Positions 1 to 9,133 of a DNA stretch of 50,415 bases are shown piece by piece. A model generated the notes under the pieces. It did no database searches, was not told the origin of the DNA, and worked only from the letters and a program-made list of their open reading frames with translations. The position numbers and the translations under genes are program-made. Origin of the DNA: Candidatus Cloacimonadota bacterium (lineage in GTDB: Bacteria > Cloacimonadota > Cloacimonadia > Cloacimonadales > TCS61); contig JAFGRJ010000161.1 of the NCBI GenBank assembly GCA_016935235.1, positions 1 to 50,415 on the forward strand. Reading direction: 5' to 3'. Positions within the stretch are counted from its first letter, which is position 1, and every line of letters begins with the position of its first letter.

Positions 1-2478
1 GTCCCGCTGGGAACACAACAGGTATCCATTTCCTCGAATGCACCATCTGCCCGGGTTGCCCTGATCCAGAATGATACTCTCCTGGCTACCGCTGTTACTG
101 ATGGTTCCGGCAATGCTACCCTCAATCTCACTGATCCCGTTACCATTGCCGAAGAGCTTGACCTGTTTCTCCATGCCCATAACCGTAATCCCTGTGAAAA
201 CACTATTATTGTGGTCAGCAATCAACCCTATGTGGTGAATAACTCCTTCAGCATAGATGACAGTGGCGGGAACGGTAATGGTGAAGGCGATTTCGACGAA
301 TTCATCACGATCGCTATAATGCTGCAGAATGTTGGTGATCAACCCGCTCAGGAAGTGATTGCTGCCTTGAATTGCAACGACAATTACTTCGTCATCACCG
401 ATGCCTTCGAAGCAGCAGGTTATCTGGGAAGTGGCGACAGCATTCTGCTCAACGGAGCTTTTGCAGGTTATATAGCAGATAACATCCCAGACCAGCATCA
501 ATTATTGCTGGATCTGCTGATAAACGACGCTGACGAGAACAGCTGGCAATACACTATACCTCTGACGGTAAACGCTCCCGATCTCCAATATCAAACCATT
601 AACATCGATGATTCCGATTTTAATAATAATGGCAGACTGGATCCCGGTGAAAACGTCGAGTTGACAGTACAAATATTAAACCAGGGACATGCAGCGTCCC
701 CGCTTATTACAGTATCTCTTACCTGTGTAGAACCTGAAATAGATATAAATCCACCCAGCCTGCAGCTTACCGGTCTGGATGCGGGAGAACAAACAGCTGC
801 AATTTTCAGTGCCAGTATTGGGGATATGATTCCTCCCGGTACTCCGGTAACCTTTTCTCTCGAGACAGGGTCAGGTAATTATACCTTTACTCATGAATTC
901 ATCCTGAGCGTTGGATTAATCCTTGATGACTTCGAATCCGGAAACATGTTCACCATGAACTGGGAAAATTCCGGTAACTTACCCTGGTTCATAGAATCGG
1001 ATAATCCCTGGGAAGGAGAATTCTGTCTGTGCTCAGGTGATATCACTCACAACCAGACATCAGTACTATCCATTACTGTGCAGGTTCTGGCTGGCAGCGA
1101 TCTGAGTTTCATGAGAAAAGTCTCCTCGGAAAACAATTACGATTATCTCAGGTTTTATATCGACGATGTTCTGAGAGACCAGTGGAGCGGAGAAAGTAGC
1201 TGGAGTCAAGTTACCTATCCCGTGGATATCGGTGAACACAGCTTCCAATGGGTTTATTATAAAGACGGTTCGTTAAGTTCCGGAAACGATTGCGCTTGGA
1301 TAGATTATATCATTTTCCCCTATATCGAACTGCCCGGTCAACCAGATATCACTCTCGCTCCCACCAGCCTGGAATTCGACCTATTGCCGGGAAATTCCCA
1401 GCAGGAAAATTTCGTCATCTACAATGAAGGCAATGCAGAACTTGAATATGAAATGGAAGTACAGTATGATTCTTTCCAATCTTCAGGGAGAAGCTGGAGT
1501 GATCCCGATGAATACGGCTATATCTGGATCGACAGCGATGATCCCGAGGGACCTCCTTATAACTGGTATGAATTGAATCCGGCAGCTATTCCAGTAACCT
1601 TTACCCATAATGATGTGAGTACGGACCTGATCCCGCTGGATTTCAGTCTTAGTTTTTATGGAGAAAGCTACACCAGTTTCCGGATCAGTCCCAACGGGTG
1701 GATCGGCTTCAGTAACGACTGGTCTGATTATCACAATTATGCCATCCCCAGGCAGGATGCCCCCCGGGCAGCTATTTTCGGTTTCTGGGATGATCTTGAT
1801 CCCCTGCAGGGTGGAGATGTTTACTATCTGCAGAATCAGGATAGTCTCATTGTCTGGTTTGATGATGTCATTCACTACCCTGGTATCTATACCGGGATCT
1901 ACGACTTCGAAATTATAGTATATCGCGACGGAAATATTCTCTGCCAGTATAATTCCATGACTGGCGACCTTGATTCTGCCACCATCGGTATCCATAATCT
2001 GACCGGTGATGATGCCCTGCAGGTTGTATACAATAACAACTACGTTCACGATCAGCTGGCTGTCTTCTTCCAGAAACCCCTGACCTGGTTAGAAATTAAC
2101 CCTCACCAGGGTACTATCCCGGAATATGCCCAGATAGAAATAAATGTCACCTCGGATGCTGGTGAACTCCCTCCGGGATATTACTATGCCGATATCCTGA
2201 TAAATTCAAACGATCCTGATCAGAGTTGCTTATTGTTGCCTGTTACCCTGGCGATAAATGATGAGACGCTGGAAATACCTTCCCAGATTAGAACTCATAT
2301 ATCAGGTAATTCCCTGATCATTACCTGGAATGCTGTGGACGGAGCTTCATCCTATCTTGTTTTTGCTGCAGATAGCCCCTATGATTATTTTCAGTATGTT
2401 ACCACAGTATACACCAACTCATGCCTGATGCCCCTCAACCAGAGTAAGAGATTCTTCCGGATAACCGCCGCCAACTGA
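1..2478 (+). CDS. Large secreted cell-surface protein, 5'-truncated by the window edge. Has a jelly-roll (MAM/choice-of-anchor-like) module and an FN3-like C-terminal tail.
   Basis: Frame 1 is open from base 1 to the stop at 2476-2478, so the GTG at 211 in the ORF track is probably internal. The composition is Asn/Asp/Gly/Thr-rich and beta-type. A 'DFESGN..WENSG..CAWIDYIIF' module is present. The C-terminal 'LIITWNAVDGASSYLVF...RFFRITAAN' is paralogous to the tail of the next gene. Confidence 0.6.
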   Translation, partial: VPLGTQQVSISSNAPSARVALIQNDTLLATAVTDGSGNATLNLTDPVTIAEELDLFLHAHNRNPCENTIIVVSNQPYVVNNSFSIDDSGGNGNGEGDFDEFITIAIMLQNVGDQPAQEVIAALNCNDNYFVITDAFEAAGYLGSGDSILLNGAFAGYIADNIPDQHQLLLDLLINDADENSWQYTIPLTVNAPDLQYQTINIDDSDFNNNGRLDPGENVELTVQILNQGHAASPLITVSLTCVEPEIDINPPSLQLTGLDAGEQTAAIFSASIGDMIPPGTPVTFSLETGSGNYTFTHEFILSVGLILDDFESGNMFTMNWENSGNLPWFIESDNPWEGEFCLCSGDITHNQTSVLSITVQVLAGSDLSFMRKVSSENNYDYLRFYIDDVLRDQWSGESSWSQVTYPVDIGEHSFQWVYYKDGSLSSGNDCAWIDYIIFPYIELPGQPDITLAPTSLEFDLLPGNSQQENFVIYNEGNAELEYEMEVQYDSFQSSGRSWSDPDEYGYIWIDSDDPEGPPYNWYELNPAAIPVTFTHNDVSTDLIPLDFSLSFYGESYTSFRISPNGWIGFSNDWSDYHNYAIPRQDAPRAAIFGFWDDLDPLQGGDVYYLQNQDSLIVWFDDVIHYPGIYTGIYDFEIIVYRDGNILCQYNSMTGDLDSATIGIHNLTGDDALQVVYNNNYVHDQLAVFFQKPLTWLEINPHQGTIPEYAQIEINVTSDAGELPPGYYYADILINSNDPDQSCLLLPVTLAINDETLEIPSQIRTHISGNSLIITWNAVDGASSYLVFAADSPYDYFQYVTTVYTNSCLMPLNQSKRFFRITAAN

Positions 2479-2639
2479 TTTTGTCCCCTATTGTCACACT
2501 ATAAATATCATTTGCTTAACATACCCGCCAGACAAGACTGATCTTTTCAATACATTGAAAAAGCACTTCCAGTATTGAATGTTAATAATACTGGTTGACA
2601 ACAACAATCTTTATAAATAATTAGCAGAATTAATGCAAC

Positions 2640-2654
2640 TGGTATAAATATTGC
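2640..2654 (+). promoter_or_regulatory. Candidate sigma54 (-24/-12) promoter, TGGTATaaataTTGC
   Basis: The GG (2641-2642) and GC (2653-2654) have the canonical TGGCAC-N5-TTGC spacing. The element ends 34 nt upstream of ATG 2688, and GGAG at 2677-2680 serves as the SD. The -24 half is degenerate (TGGTAT). Confidence 0.4.
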
Positions 2655-2687
2655 TGTTTGGAAAAGAAAATATACTGGAGTAAGGCA

Positions 2688-5600
2688 ATGAATGTTCGGG
2701 TGTGGGCAGGATTGATTTTAATTGTGTCACTTGTTTCTCTTATTGCTGAAGAAATAGCGGAATTCGAACTCAATTTCAGCAGCAGAGAATTTCACATTTT
2801 ACAGGAACAATATACCATGATATCGGTTTCCGATCTCAATTACATTTATAAAGAAGAAGCCGGGGCACCTGCCCTGCCTTTTCGCATGGTAAGCCTTCTT
2901 GTACCTTATGATGCCGTATATGCAGGAGTTACTTACGATGCCACCTATGAAACAATAGCCACAGATATTCTAATCATGCCCCAGCAGCCTCTGGTTCCCA
3001 CCCTGCCCAACTTCCCGGTTCCGCAGTTCGTCCCCCCGGAGCAGGGTATCTATTATTCGGATAAATCCTATCCCCTATCCCAGGTCGAGTTTACTTCCGA
3101 ACAGAAGATAAGCCAGTACAAGACGTTATTTTTTCTTATTTCTCCCTTCCGATATCTACCCCGGCAGGGTAAACTGGATTTAATAACTGAGATCACTGTT
3201 ACAGTGAATCTGGAAAAAGGTGAGCTAACCGGACCTGTACGCTGGGATGATGGCAATTTCAAAGATCTCCTCCTTAGTGAAATTATTAACCCTCAGGATT
3301 TGACGGAGTATTCCCTGCGGTCACCGGTTGATCCTGATGATATAAAATATCTGATCATTACTTCCACAGCTCTGGCTTCGTATTTTCAACCTCTTATTGA
3401 CTGGAAAACCCAGACCGGTGTACCTGCCAGTGTCGTTACCACCGAATATATTTACAGCACTTATCCGGGCAGTAACAATCAACTGATGATAAAAAACTGC
3501 ATCCAGGATTATTATCTTACTAAGAATACCACCTGGGTCCTGCTGGGAGGAGATAACACCGTCGTTCCTGATCTGGATTGCTATGGTAATGTAAACAATG
3601 GTGGCACGACAGACAATTATATTCCCACTGACCTTTTTTATGCGTGTTTCGACAACCAGTTCAACTGGAATGCCGATGGTGATGGTATAAATGGAGAAAC
3701 TAACGACAACATCGATATGGGGCCTGAAGTAATTCTGTCACGGGCTCCTGTCCGCAGCAATGCTCATGTTACCGCTTTTGTGAACAAAACCCTCCAGTAC
3801 GAACAGAATCCACCCGCAAGTAATTTCGCATCTGATATGCTGATATCAGGAGTAGAATTATGGAACACCTGGGGTGGACGCAGTGATGCTGACTGGCGTT
3901 GCGAAAAAATGTGGAATGATTATATTGATCCCTGGTGGGATGGTACTCATTACCGCTTTTACGATACCAATACAGATTTCGGGGGATCTTCTTACGATGT
4001 AACCGTAAGTAACCTTACTAATCAGATCAACGGGGGATATAATTATATATATATGGCTACTCACGGCAATCAGATCCTGTGGAGTACGGAAACCGGTTCC
4101 TGGTATTATTCCAGCAATGCTTCTGTCCAGACCAATCAGAATTTACAGGGCATGATTGCCACAATGGCCTGTATCACCAATGCTTTCGATAACAGCAGCG
4201 GTTATGGCAGCGATCCCTGCCTCAGTGAAGCTTTCATCCGCAATCCCAATGGCGGTGCGGTGGCTTACCATGGCAGCTCCCGATATGGCTGGGGTTACAG
4301 CAGCTACTCTGACAATCACGGACCTTCCCTGCAATATTCAGATTATCTGTACTACTACCTCTTCCGGGGAGAACCAACAGACAACAAGTATAAATTCGGG
4401 GCAGTAGCCACGCTGGGCAAGATACATTTCATCGCAGCTTCCAGCAGTTATGGAGCCATGCGCTGGCTACAATTTGCCCTTAACACCATCGGTGATCCTG
4501 AACTCGATCTGCTTACCGCTGATCCCGCAGGAATTACAATAAGCGCCCCTTCCGAAATACCCATTAATAATAGCAACCCAGTTACCATCTCGACTAATGT
4601 CCCTGCCGCCAGCATCTGTATGAACAATAACATTGATGTTTATATCTGTGGCAGTTGTGATGCTTCAGGAAATTTCACCTGCACGCCCAGTCCAGCCTTT
4701 GCTGATGATATCCTGGTAACCGTAACAGATCATAATCGGATTTACGACAGTGTGATCATCACAGTTAATACCAATCTGCCTTCCCTGGATGTATCCATAT
4801 CATCCATCAGTGAGGATATGGAACCAGATACCCAGTTGCAAACAGACTTTATAATTACCAACAATGGCGAACCTGGATCAACGCTTGATTTTGAGATTCT
4901 TATGGCTGGAAATCCAGGTCGCAGCATTGCTGGTTCTACAATAACCTGTGCTGAAACCGAGTACGAATCCGGAACCAGCGGTATGATACTGCATCTTATC
5001 CTGTATAATGCCAGCATTGATAACGAATGGATATCCGGCGCCACCCTTGATTTTCCCAGCAATGTTACTGTTACAACTTCCACCAATTTTGTAGGGGGTT
5101 CCGGCGGGGACCTGTTCACAAATAATTCCACGGGTAATGGAGCCCTGGTAAGCTGGTATGATGGCGATGGTGGTGGGGGTGAAATTTACCCTGGTGAAAG
5201 TGCCTCTGCTACCGTTACCATTAATATATCCACCGGATTTTCCGGTGATATGGTTCTAAACTGGACCATGCAGGGTGATATCTGGGGCAGCCAGCCCCAT
5301 AGTATATCTGGCTCTATAACCCTGATTCAATCAGGACCTACCCTGCACCTGACAAGCCCCAACGGAGCTGAGGTTTGGGCAATTGACGAAGAGAACCTTA
5401 TCACCTGGGAACATTCGGGCAGTCTGCCCAATGTAAAATTACAGGTCTCCCGTAATAATGGTTCCAGCTGGAGCAATATAATTTCTTCTACTATCAACGA
5501 CGGCATTCATAACTGGCTGGTCACCGGGCCTGGCTCGGATAATTGCCTGATAAAGGTTGCCAGCCTGGATAATTCCGTGGTCGATTCATCGGATGGTGTA

Positions 5601-6029
5601 TTCACGATATACCAGCCAGTAAGCTGGCTTTTCTCAGATATCCTATCAGGCCATCTGGAATATAATGAACAATCTCTGATAACTCTTACACTGGACAATT
5701 CCGGAATGGATCCCGGCAGTTACTATGCCAACGTAATCATTACCAGTAATGCCGGTGATGATGTAACAATCCCTGTAATAATGAATATCAATTATCAGCA
5801 ATTACTGCAACCGGAAATCATGGAAACCGATATTTCCAGTGATGGTGATAATTTCATATTTACCTGGCAGGAAGTACCCGGGGCTACCGCCTATAACGTT
5901 TACAGCTCCCCTGATCCTTATACTGAATTCCCCTCAGGATGGACTCTTGAATATGCAGGACCGGCATTGAGCTGGTCGACACCACTCACCGGAGCCAGGA
6001 AATTCTTCAAAGTAACTGCTTCTAATTAG
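2688..6029 (+). CDS. Peptidase C25 (gingipain-family cysteine protease) with Ig-like/FN3-like C-terminal domains
   Basis: ATG 2688 follows GGAG and gives the signal peptide MNVRVWAGLILIVSLVSLIA; the TTG at 2658 in the ORF track is less likely. C25 hallmarks are present: 'YLIITSTALASYFQPLIDWKTQTG', 'LLGGDNTVVP', 'IPTDLFYACFD', a catalytic-type His in 'YMATHGN' and a Cys in 'MACITNAFD'. Confidence 0.8.
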   Translation: MNVRVWAGLILIVSLVSLIAEEIAEFELNFSSREFHILQEQYTMISVSDLNYIYKEEAGAPALPFRMVSLLVPYDAVYAGVTYDATYETIATDILIMPQQPLVPTLPNFPVPQFVPPEQGIYYSDKSYPLSQVEFTSEQKISQYKTLFFLISPFRYLPRQGKLDLITEITVTVNLEKGELTGPVRWDDGNFKDLLLSEIINPQDLTEYSLRSPVDPDDIKYLIITSTALASYFQPLIDWKTQTGVPASVVTTEYIYSTYPGSNNQLMIKNCIQDYYLTKNTTWVLLGGDNTVVPDLDCYGNVNNGGTTDNYIPTDLFYACFDNQFNWNADGDGINGETNDNIDMGPEVILSRAPVRSNAHVTAFVNKTLQYEQNPPASNFASDMLISGVELWNTWGGRSDADWRCEKMWNDYIDPWWDGTHYRFYDTNTDFGGSSYDVTVSNLTNQINGGYNYIYMATHGNQILWSTETGSWYYSSNASVQTNQNLQGMIATMACITNAFDNSSGYGSDPCLSEAFIRNPNGGAVAYHGSSRYGWGYSSYSDNHGPSLQYSDYLYYYLFRGEPTDNKYKFGAVATLGKIHFIAASSSYGAMRWLQFALNTIGDPELDLLTADPAGITISAPSEIPINNSNPVTISTNVPAASICMNNNIDVYICGSCDASGNFTCTPSPAFADDILVTVTDHNRIYDSVIITVNTNLPSLDVSISSISEDMEPDTQLQTDFIITNNGEPGSTLDFEILMAGNPGRSIAGSTITCAETEYESGTSGMILHLILYNASIDNEWISGATLDFPSNVTVTTSTNFVGGSGGDLFTNNSTGNGALVSWYDGDGGGGEIYPGESASATVTINISTGFSGDMVLNWTMQGDIWGSQPHSISGSITLIQSGPTLHLTSPNGAEVWAIDEENLITWEHSGSLPNVKLQVSRNNGSSWSNIISSTINDGIHNWLVTGPGSDNCLIKVASLDNSVVDSSDGVFTIYQPVSWLFSDILSGHLEYNEQSLITLTLDNSGMDPGSYYANVIITSNAGDDVTIPVIMNINYQQLLQPEIMETDISSDGDNFIFTWQEVPGATAYNVYSSPDPYTEFPSGWTLEYAGPALSWSTPLTGARKFFKVTASN

Positions 6030-6043
6030 TCAGGAATGCCAGC

Positions 6044-6394
6044 ATGAAAGACAATATGGTCAAAACATTCCAGGAAGAAAGGGAAAAATTGAACCGTCTG
6101 ATCTCAGAGTATGCCGGTAAGGAAATAAAGAGATTCTTGAACCTCGACTCCCAGGTTTACCGGGATGACATTCTGCCAGCTCGTACCAAAGAAATGATGG
6201 GGCTGGTAGCATCTCTGGTATTGAGATGCGACGACTGCATAAGGTATCACCTGATCAAATGCCATGAAAACGGGATTACCAGCGCGGAACTGGAAGAGAT
6301 CATTGCGGTGAGTCTGATCGTGGGAGGATCGATCACAATCCCCCATATCCGCCGGGCATTTGCCTTCTGGAGAGAATTGACCGGGACAGCCTGA
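6044..6394 (+). CDS. Carboxymuconolactone decarboxylase / AhpD-like family protein
   Basis: A 116-aa protein with the AhpD-family redox motif 'CDDCIRYH' and an all-helical composition. It starts 14 nt after the C25 stop codon. Confidence 0.75.
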   Translation: MKDNMVKTFQEEREKLNRLISEYAGKEIKRFLNLDSQVYRDDILPARTKEMMGLVASLVLRCDDCIRYHLIKCHENGITSAELEEIIAVSLIVGGSITIPHIRRAFAFWRELTGTA

Positions 6395-6445
6395 TTCAGT
6401 TCAGTGCAGTCAATCTCCAGCTGTTTATACAGATTTCAATTCAGT

Positions 6446-7738
6446 CTATTTTCCGGAAATACTGACCCCGCCAAAATGAATCCAGGGCATGATCTGCCAT
6501 CCGAAATTCACCGTTTCCCGGGAAATTCCCCTGATATTGAAAAGAAGATCAGCCAGATTGCCTGAGATCATGGTTTCACTCACCGGATATCTGATCGTTC
6601 CTTTCTCGATCAAATAGCTGTTCTTGGCAACACCGGAAAAATCACCCTTGTCATTAGGATTCCCTCCGGAAAAGCGGCATAACAGCAGACCCCTATCTAC
6701 CTGAGCAATCATGTCCCGCAAAGCAGTCTCTCCAGCCTCCACTTTATAGCAGTTACCTGAATTCACCGATCTGGCCAGACCCGTCTTGTTAGCACCGTAA
6801 AGGCTGAGAAGAAAAGATTTCAGAACACCTCCATCTATTATGGTGGAATTCTGAGCGGCAAAACCATCGTTAGTAAAGAAATATCCCTGCGGGAATTCCG
6901 GAGCCAGCGGGAGAGATCTCAGGGTCAACAGCGGATGTGCGACTTCTTTCCCCAGTTTATCCTGGAACAGAGATGTCTGCGAAATCAGGGCAAAATCTCT
7001 TAGATAATTAGTAATATAGGAAATGAAATCACCGATACAATCTGGGGTAATAATCAGATCGCCCATGAACTTGTTTTTCATTTTTTCTGTAACGATCTGT
7101 TCCGATGCCTGCTGCAAGAGATCGGCAGTAGTACAGGCAGTAATAAAATCCTGATCAAGCTTTTCTTTTACCAGATAGGTATAATTGAAGGATGAACTTT
7201 GTTTGCCTTCTTTTGCTGTAAACATCGGGACAAAATTATAGGAAGCTTCCCTGACCGTGAAATTCACTCCATTACTGTTCAGGAATATCCTGTCACTCCG
7301 GGTGTGATCGAGTATCACTTCCTCCAGAATAATCTTGGGAAACCTGTTTCTTACTTCCTGATTAAAATCCTGCAATCTCTGGTACATGGCATCAAGGTCC
7401 GGATCAAGCTGGCCTTTCTGAAAATCTGCTGCTTCCTGATACGGGGCGATATCGTTGGCAGGATCTTCCTGGGAAGACTTAGCAAGGTCAACGACTTCTT
7501 CCACAGCATCTTTAATATCTTTATCACCCAGTTTATTGATGGTGAGAGAACCTTTCTTATTACCTGCCAGCGCCATTAAAGACAAACTGGCATTTTCATT
7601 GGTCCGAAAAAGGCTTAATTCCCCGGTATGAATATTCATCTCCTGTTTACGGTTCACTTCCAGATGACAGGATGCCTTGGCAGCCCCCTTTTTTAAAAGG
7701 TCAGCGAGTGCAAACTCAACTGCTTCTCTGTATCTCAT
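6446..7738 (-). CDS. pmbA: PmbA/TldE, the partner subunit of the TldD metalloprotease
   Basis: TldD/PmbA-fold sequence without a HExxxH motif, lying directly downstream of tldD. I place the start at ATG 7738 (MRYREAVEF), which is preceded by GGAGGT; the TTG at 7753 in the ORF track overlaps that SD. Confidence 0.8.
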   Translation of the reverse strand: MRYREAVEFALADLLKKGAAKASCHLEVNRKQEMNIHTGELSLFRTNENASLSLMALAGNKKGSLTINKLGDKDIKDAVEEVVDLAKSSQEDPANDIAPYQEAADFQKGQLDPDLDAMYQRLQDFNQEVRNRFPKIILEEVILDHTRSDRIFLNSNGVNFTVREASYNFVPMFTAKEGKQSSSFNYTYLVKEKLDQDFITACTTADLLQQASEQIVTEKMKNKFMGDLIITPDCIGDFISYITNYLRDFALISQTSLFQDKLGKEVAHPLLTLRSLPLAPEFPQGYFFTNDGFAAQNSTIIDGGVLKSFLLSLYGANKTGLARSVNSGNCYKVEAGETALRDMIAQVDRGLLLCRFSGGNPNDKGDFSGVAKNSYLIEKGTIRYPVSETMISGNLADLLFNIRGISRETVNFGWQIMPWIHFGGVSISGK

Positions 7739-7739
7739 T

Positions 7740-9122
7740 TTATTTACCTCCAATATTGATTTTGCATTTCACTGCCGGTCCACCCATTCCAACCGGTATG
7801 GATTGTTTTTTTCCGCACATGCCACTGCAGGTCCAGGACATTTCATCTGAAATCATGGTTATCGTCTGCAGCATATCAAATGCCACTCCGGATATGGTAG
7901 TATCAAGAATAGCCCTGCCGATGCTCCCCTTTTTTATTTCATAGCCCATTACAATACCGAACATGAACTCACTGGTGGAGTCTGCCTGCCCGTTACTTGA
8001 TTTCAAGAGGTAATAACCGTCATCAATGGAAGAAATCATATCATCGAGTTTATCAGGACCGGGGAGAATCGCTGTATTTCTCATGCGGATCAGAGGTTCA
8101 TCGTCAAAACCGTAAGCTCGGGCATTACCCGTGGGCGCAACTCCGAAATGTGCAGCAGTTTCCTTATTATGCATGAAACTTTTCAGGATACCATGTTCAA
8201 TCAAAACTGTATCCTGAGCCGGAGTTCCTTCGTCGTCCACGAAAACGGGAACAGGGCATTGCCTTCCCAGGGCTGAACTGGCAAAATCTGTCATGGAGAC
8301 AAGGGGAGAAGCCACCTCTGTATCAAGATAATCCGCAGCAATGGAACCTCCCAATACGATATCAGCTTCCACTGTATGACCGATGGCTTCGTGAGAAAGA
8401 ATTCCAGCCAGGTCCGCATCGAGTATGCAATCCTTGAGTCCGGCATCAGGATGTATTCCCTCGGCTTTCTTCTGCAGGTGTTCATATTGAGTTCCGATTC
8501 TGGCCATCAGGTCCTCTAAGTCCTGAAAATGTTCTTCAATCTGACCAAAGCCTCCGTAAGTGTCATAAAGCTCAATGGGTTTACCGTCCTTGAGAGTGGT
8601 CAGCACAACATACAGTATGGAGCGCGGAATGACTGTATATGCCAGAGAGCCGGAGGAAGTCAGTAGTTTTTTTTCCATATCCAGGCAATTAAGCGACAGG
8701 GTTCTGGTGCTGATATTTTTAAATGTTCTGACGAGACGATCATCCAGATCTCTCAGAAATTCGATGATTTCTTTCTGAGTGATGCGTGGTTTACTGGTTG
8801 AGAAATCTTTCTCGATCCTGCCTCCTGAGGTTGTGGGAAGTGATTTAACCTGCCGGGAATTCTTGGTTGCCAGAAAAATGGCATTGGCGGTGGCATCTTT
8901 TATAACCGACCTGATCACTGCAGAATTTATTTCGGGATTACTGGCAAAGCCCCAGAAACCGTCCTTGTAAACCCTGGCTGAGACTCCGCTGAGCGCAGTC
9001 CTGCTGTTGCGGACAATGTTCCCTTTGACTATGGCAATACTGACGTTTCTGTTTTCCTGTATACGCAATTCGGTATATTCGGAAAACAAGCTGCTGAATT
9101 TCTTAAATTCGGAAAGTTCCAT
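7740..9122 (-). CDS. tldD: TldD metalloprotease
   Basis: A 460-aa protein with the TldD zinc motif 'HEAIGHTVEAD'. The C-terminal 'GMCGKKQSIPVGMGGP' is typical of the family. Confidence 0.85.
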   Translation of the reverse strand: MELSEFKKFSSLFSEYTELRIQENRNVSIAIVKGNIVRNSRTALSGVSARVYKDGFWGFASNPEINSAVIRSVIKDATANAIFLATKNSRQVKSLPTTSGGRIEKDFSTSKPRITQKEIIEFLRDLDDRLVRTFKNISTRTLSLNCLDMEKKLLTSSGSLAYTVIPRSILYVVLTTLKDGKPIELYDTYGGFGQIEEHFQDLEDLMARIGTQYEHLQKKAEGIHPDAGLKDCILDADLAGILSHEAIGHTVEADIVLGGSIAADYLDTEVASPLVSMTDFASSALGRQCPVPVFVDDEGTPAQDTVLIEHGILKSFMHNKETAAHFGVAPTGNARAYGFDDEPLIRMRNTAILPGPDKLDDMISSIDDGYYLLKSSNGQADSTSEFMFGIVMGYEIKKGSIGRAILDTTISGVAFDMLQTITMISDEMSWTCSGMCGKKQSIPVGMGGPAVKCKINIGGK

Positions 9123-9133
9123 TTGTACTCCTT

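Noticed and set aside
1483-2049. 188-aa minus-strand ORF, plus other 60-190-aa ORFs nested in the two giant surface-protein genes
   Set aside because: These are shadow ORFs antisense to, or out of frame with, long coding regions that have coherent domain structure.
2595-2623. Perfect TTGACA (2595-2600), directly after an 8-bp inverted repeat (CCAGTATT-N10-AATACTGG, 2569-2594), as a sigma70 promoter for the C25 gene
   Set aside because: No acceptable -10 hexamer lies at 16-18 nt spacing; the best is AATAAT at 15 nt. It is left unannotated, although it competes with the sigma54 call at 2640.
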